Assembly: GCF_006345805.1 (NCBI RefSeq)
Contig: NW_021831941.1
Span: 1-34,360, forward strand
Direction: 5' to 3'
DNA length: 34,360 bases
Origin: Octopus sinensis
Taxonomy: Eukaryota
This document shows, piece after piece, positions 33,990-34,360 of the stretch. Both the position numbers and the translations under genes were made by a program. The notes under the pieces were generated by a model that saw nothing but the letters and a program-made list of their open reading frames with translations, did no database searches and was not told where the DNA came from. How positions within the stretch are numbered: the first letter of the stretch is position 1; every line of letters begins with the position of its first letter.

Positions 33990-34290
33990 GTTTGTCCGTC
34001 TCCTAAAGTGAAATGATTGGCCTTATTGGATTTGTCTCTCCAGGACGCTGTATCTGTAATAATAGTAAAAGCACTGTCCTAGATATGTGAACAATTCTGT
34101 GATATGGACCACATTTTCCCTTCTGTTTCCAGAGTCATCACTTTATCATAGATCTCAAGTGTAATCCCAGTCTCTGCTATGCACGTTTTGCAATGTTATG
34201 TCTGTTTAATCCCCATGAGTTGTTATCAGAATTTCTAATGTTTAACATTTATACAGACTTCAGAAGTTTTGCGCTGTCGAGGCGGAATTT
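33990..34290 (-). mobile_element. Possible decayed RTE RT C-terminal fragment
   Basis: AETGITLEIYDKVM, then (after a frameshift) ITELFTYLGQ resembles GL.I...KT.VM...FTYLGS. Confidence 0.4.
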
Positions 34291-34360
34291 GCGGTGAGGT
34301 TTCTATCTTGCGGTGAGCTGTGCTATCTTAAGGTATTGGCACGCTGAGCTGTTTGCATAG

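Overview
Extremely repeat-rich, AT-rich eukaryotic DNA, intronic or intergenic. The SINE families and the density of (CA)n/(TA)n/(AGAT)n tracts look like an Octopus/coleoid cephalopod genome; this is inferred from pattern recognition, not from a search. No intact protein-coding gene can be supported. Nearly all long ORFs in the supplied track are translations of microsatellites. The remaining ORFs with recognisable motifs are decayed retrotransposon fragments: RTE, CR1-group and I-group LINEs and one Penelope-like RT-linker/GIY-YIG piece. The window also holds at least four tRNA-derived SINE families (about 15 copies, some with target-site duplications), a ~400-bp non-autonomous Helitron and a 156-bp TA-flanked MITE. 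The most interesting unexplained signals are RNA-structural. (1) A complete minimal type-I hammerhead ribozyme with a non-canonical CCGACGA core and a palindromic helix III (6407-6441, minus). (2) A second near-complete hammerhead (10480-10513, minus) and several decayed hammerhead-like motifs. (3) Long fold-backs: a ~65-bp-arm hairpin (9605-9743), a 76-bp loopless palindrome (12821-12896) and a ~100-bp inverted repeat (5073-5494). (4) Evidence that one SINE family also spreads as headless, tandem or permuted units. A few isolated candidate micro-exons are noted with low confidence.
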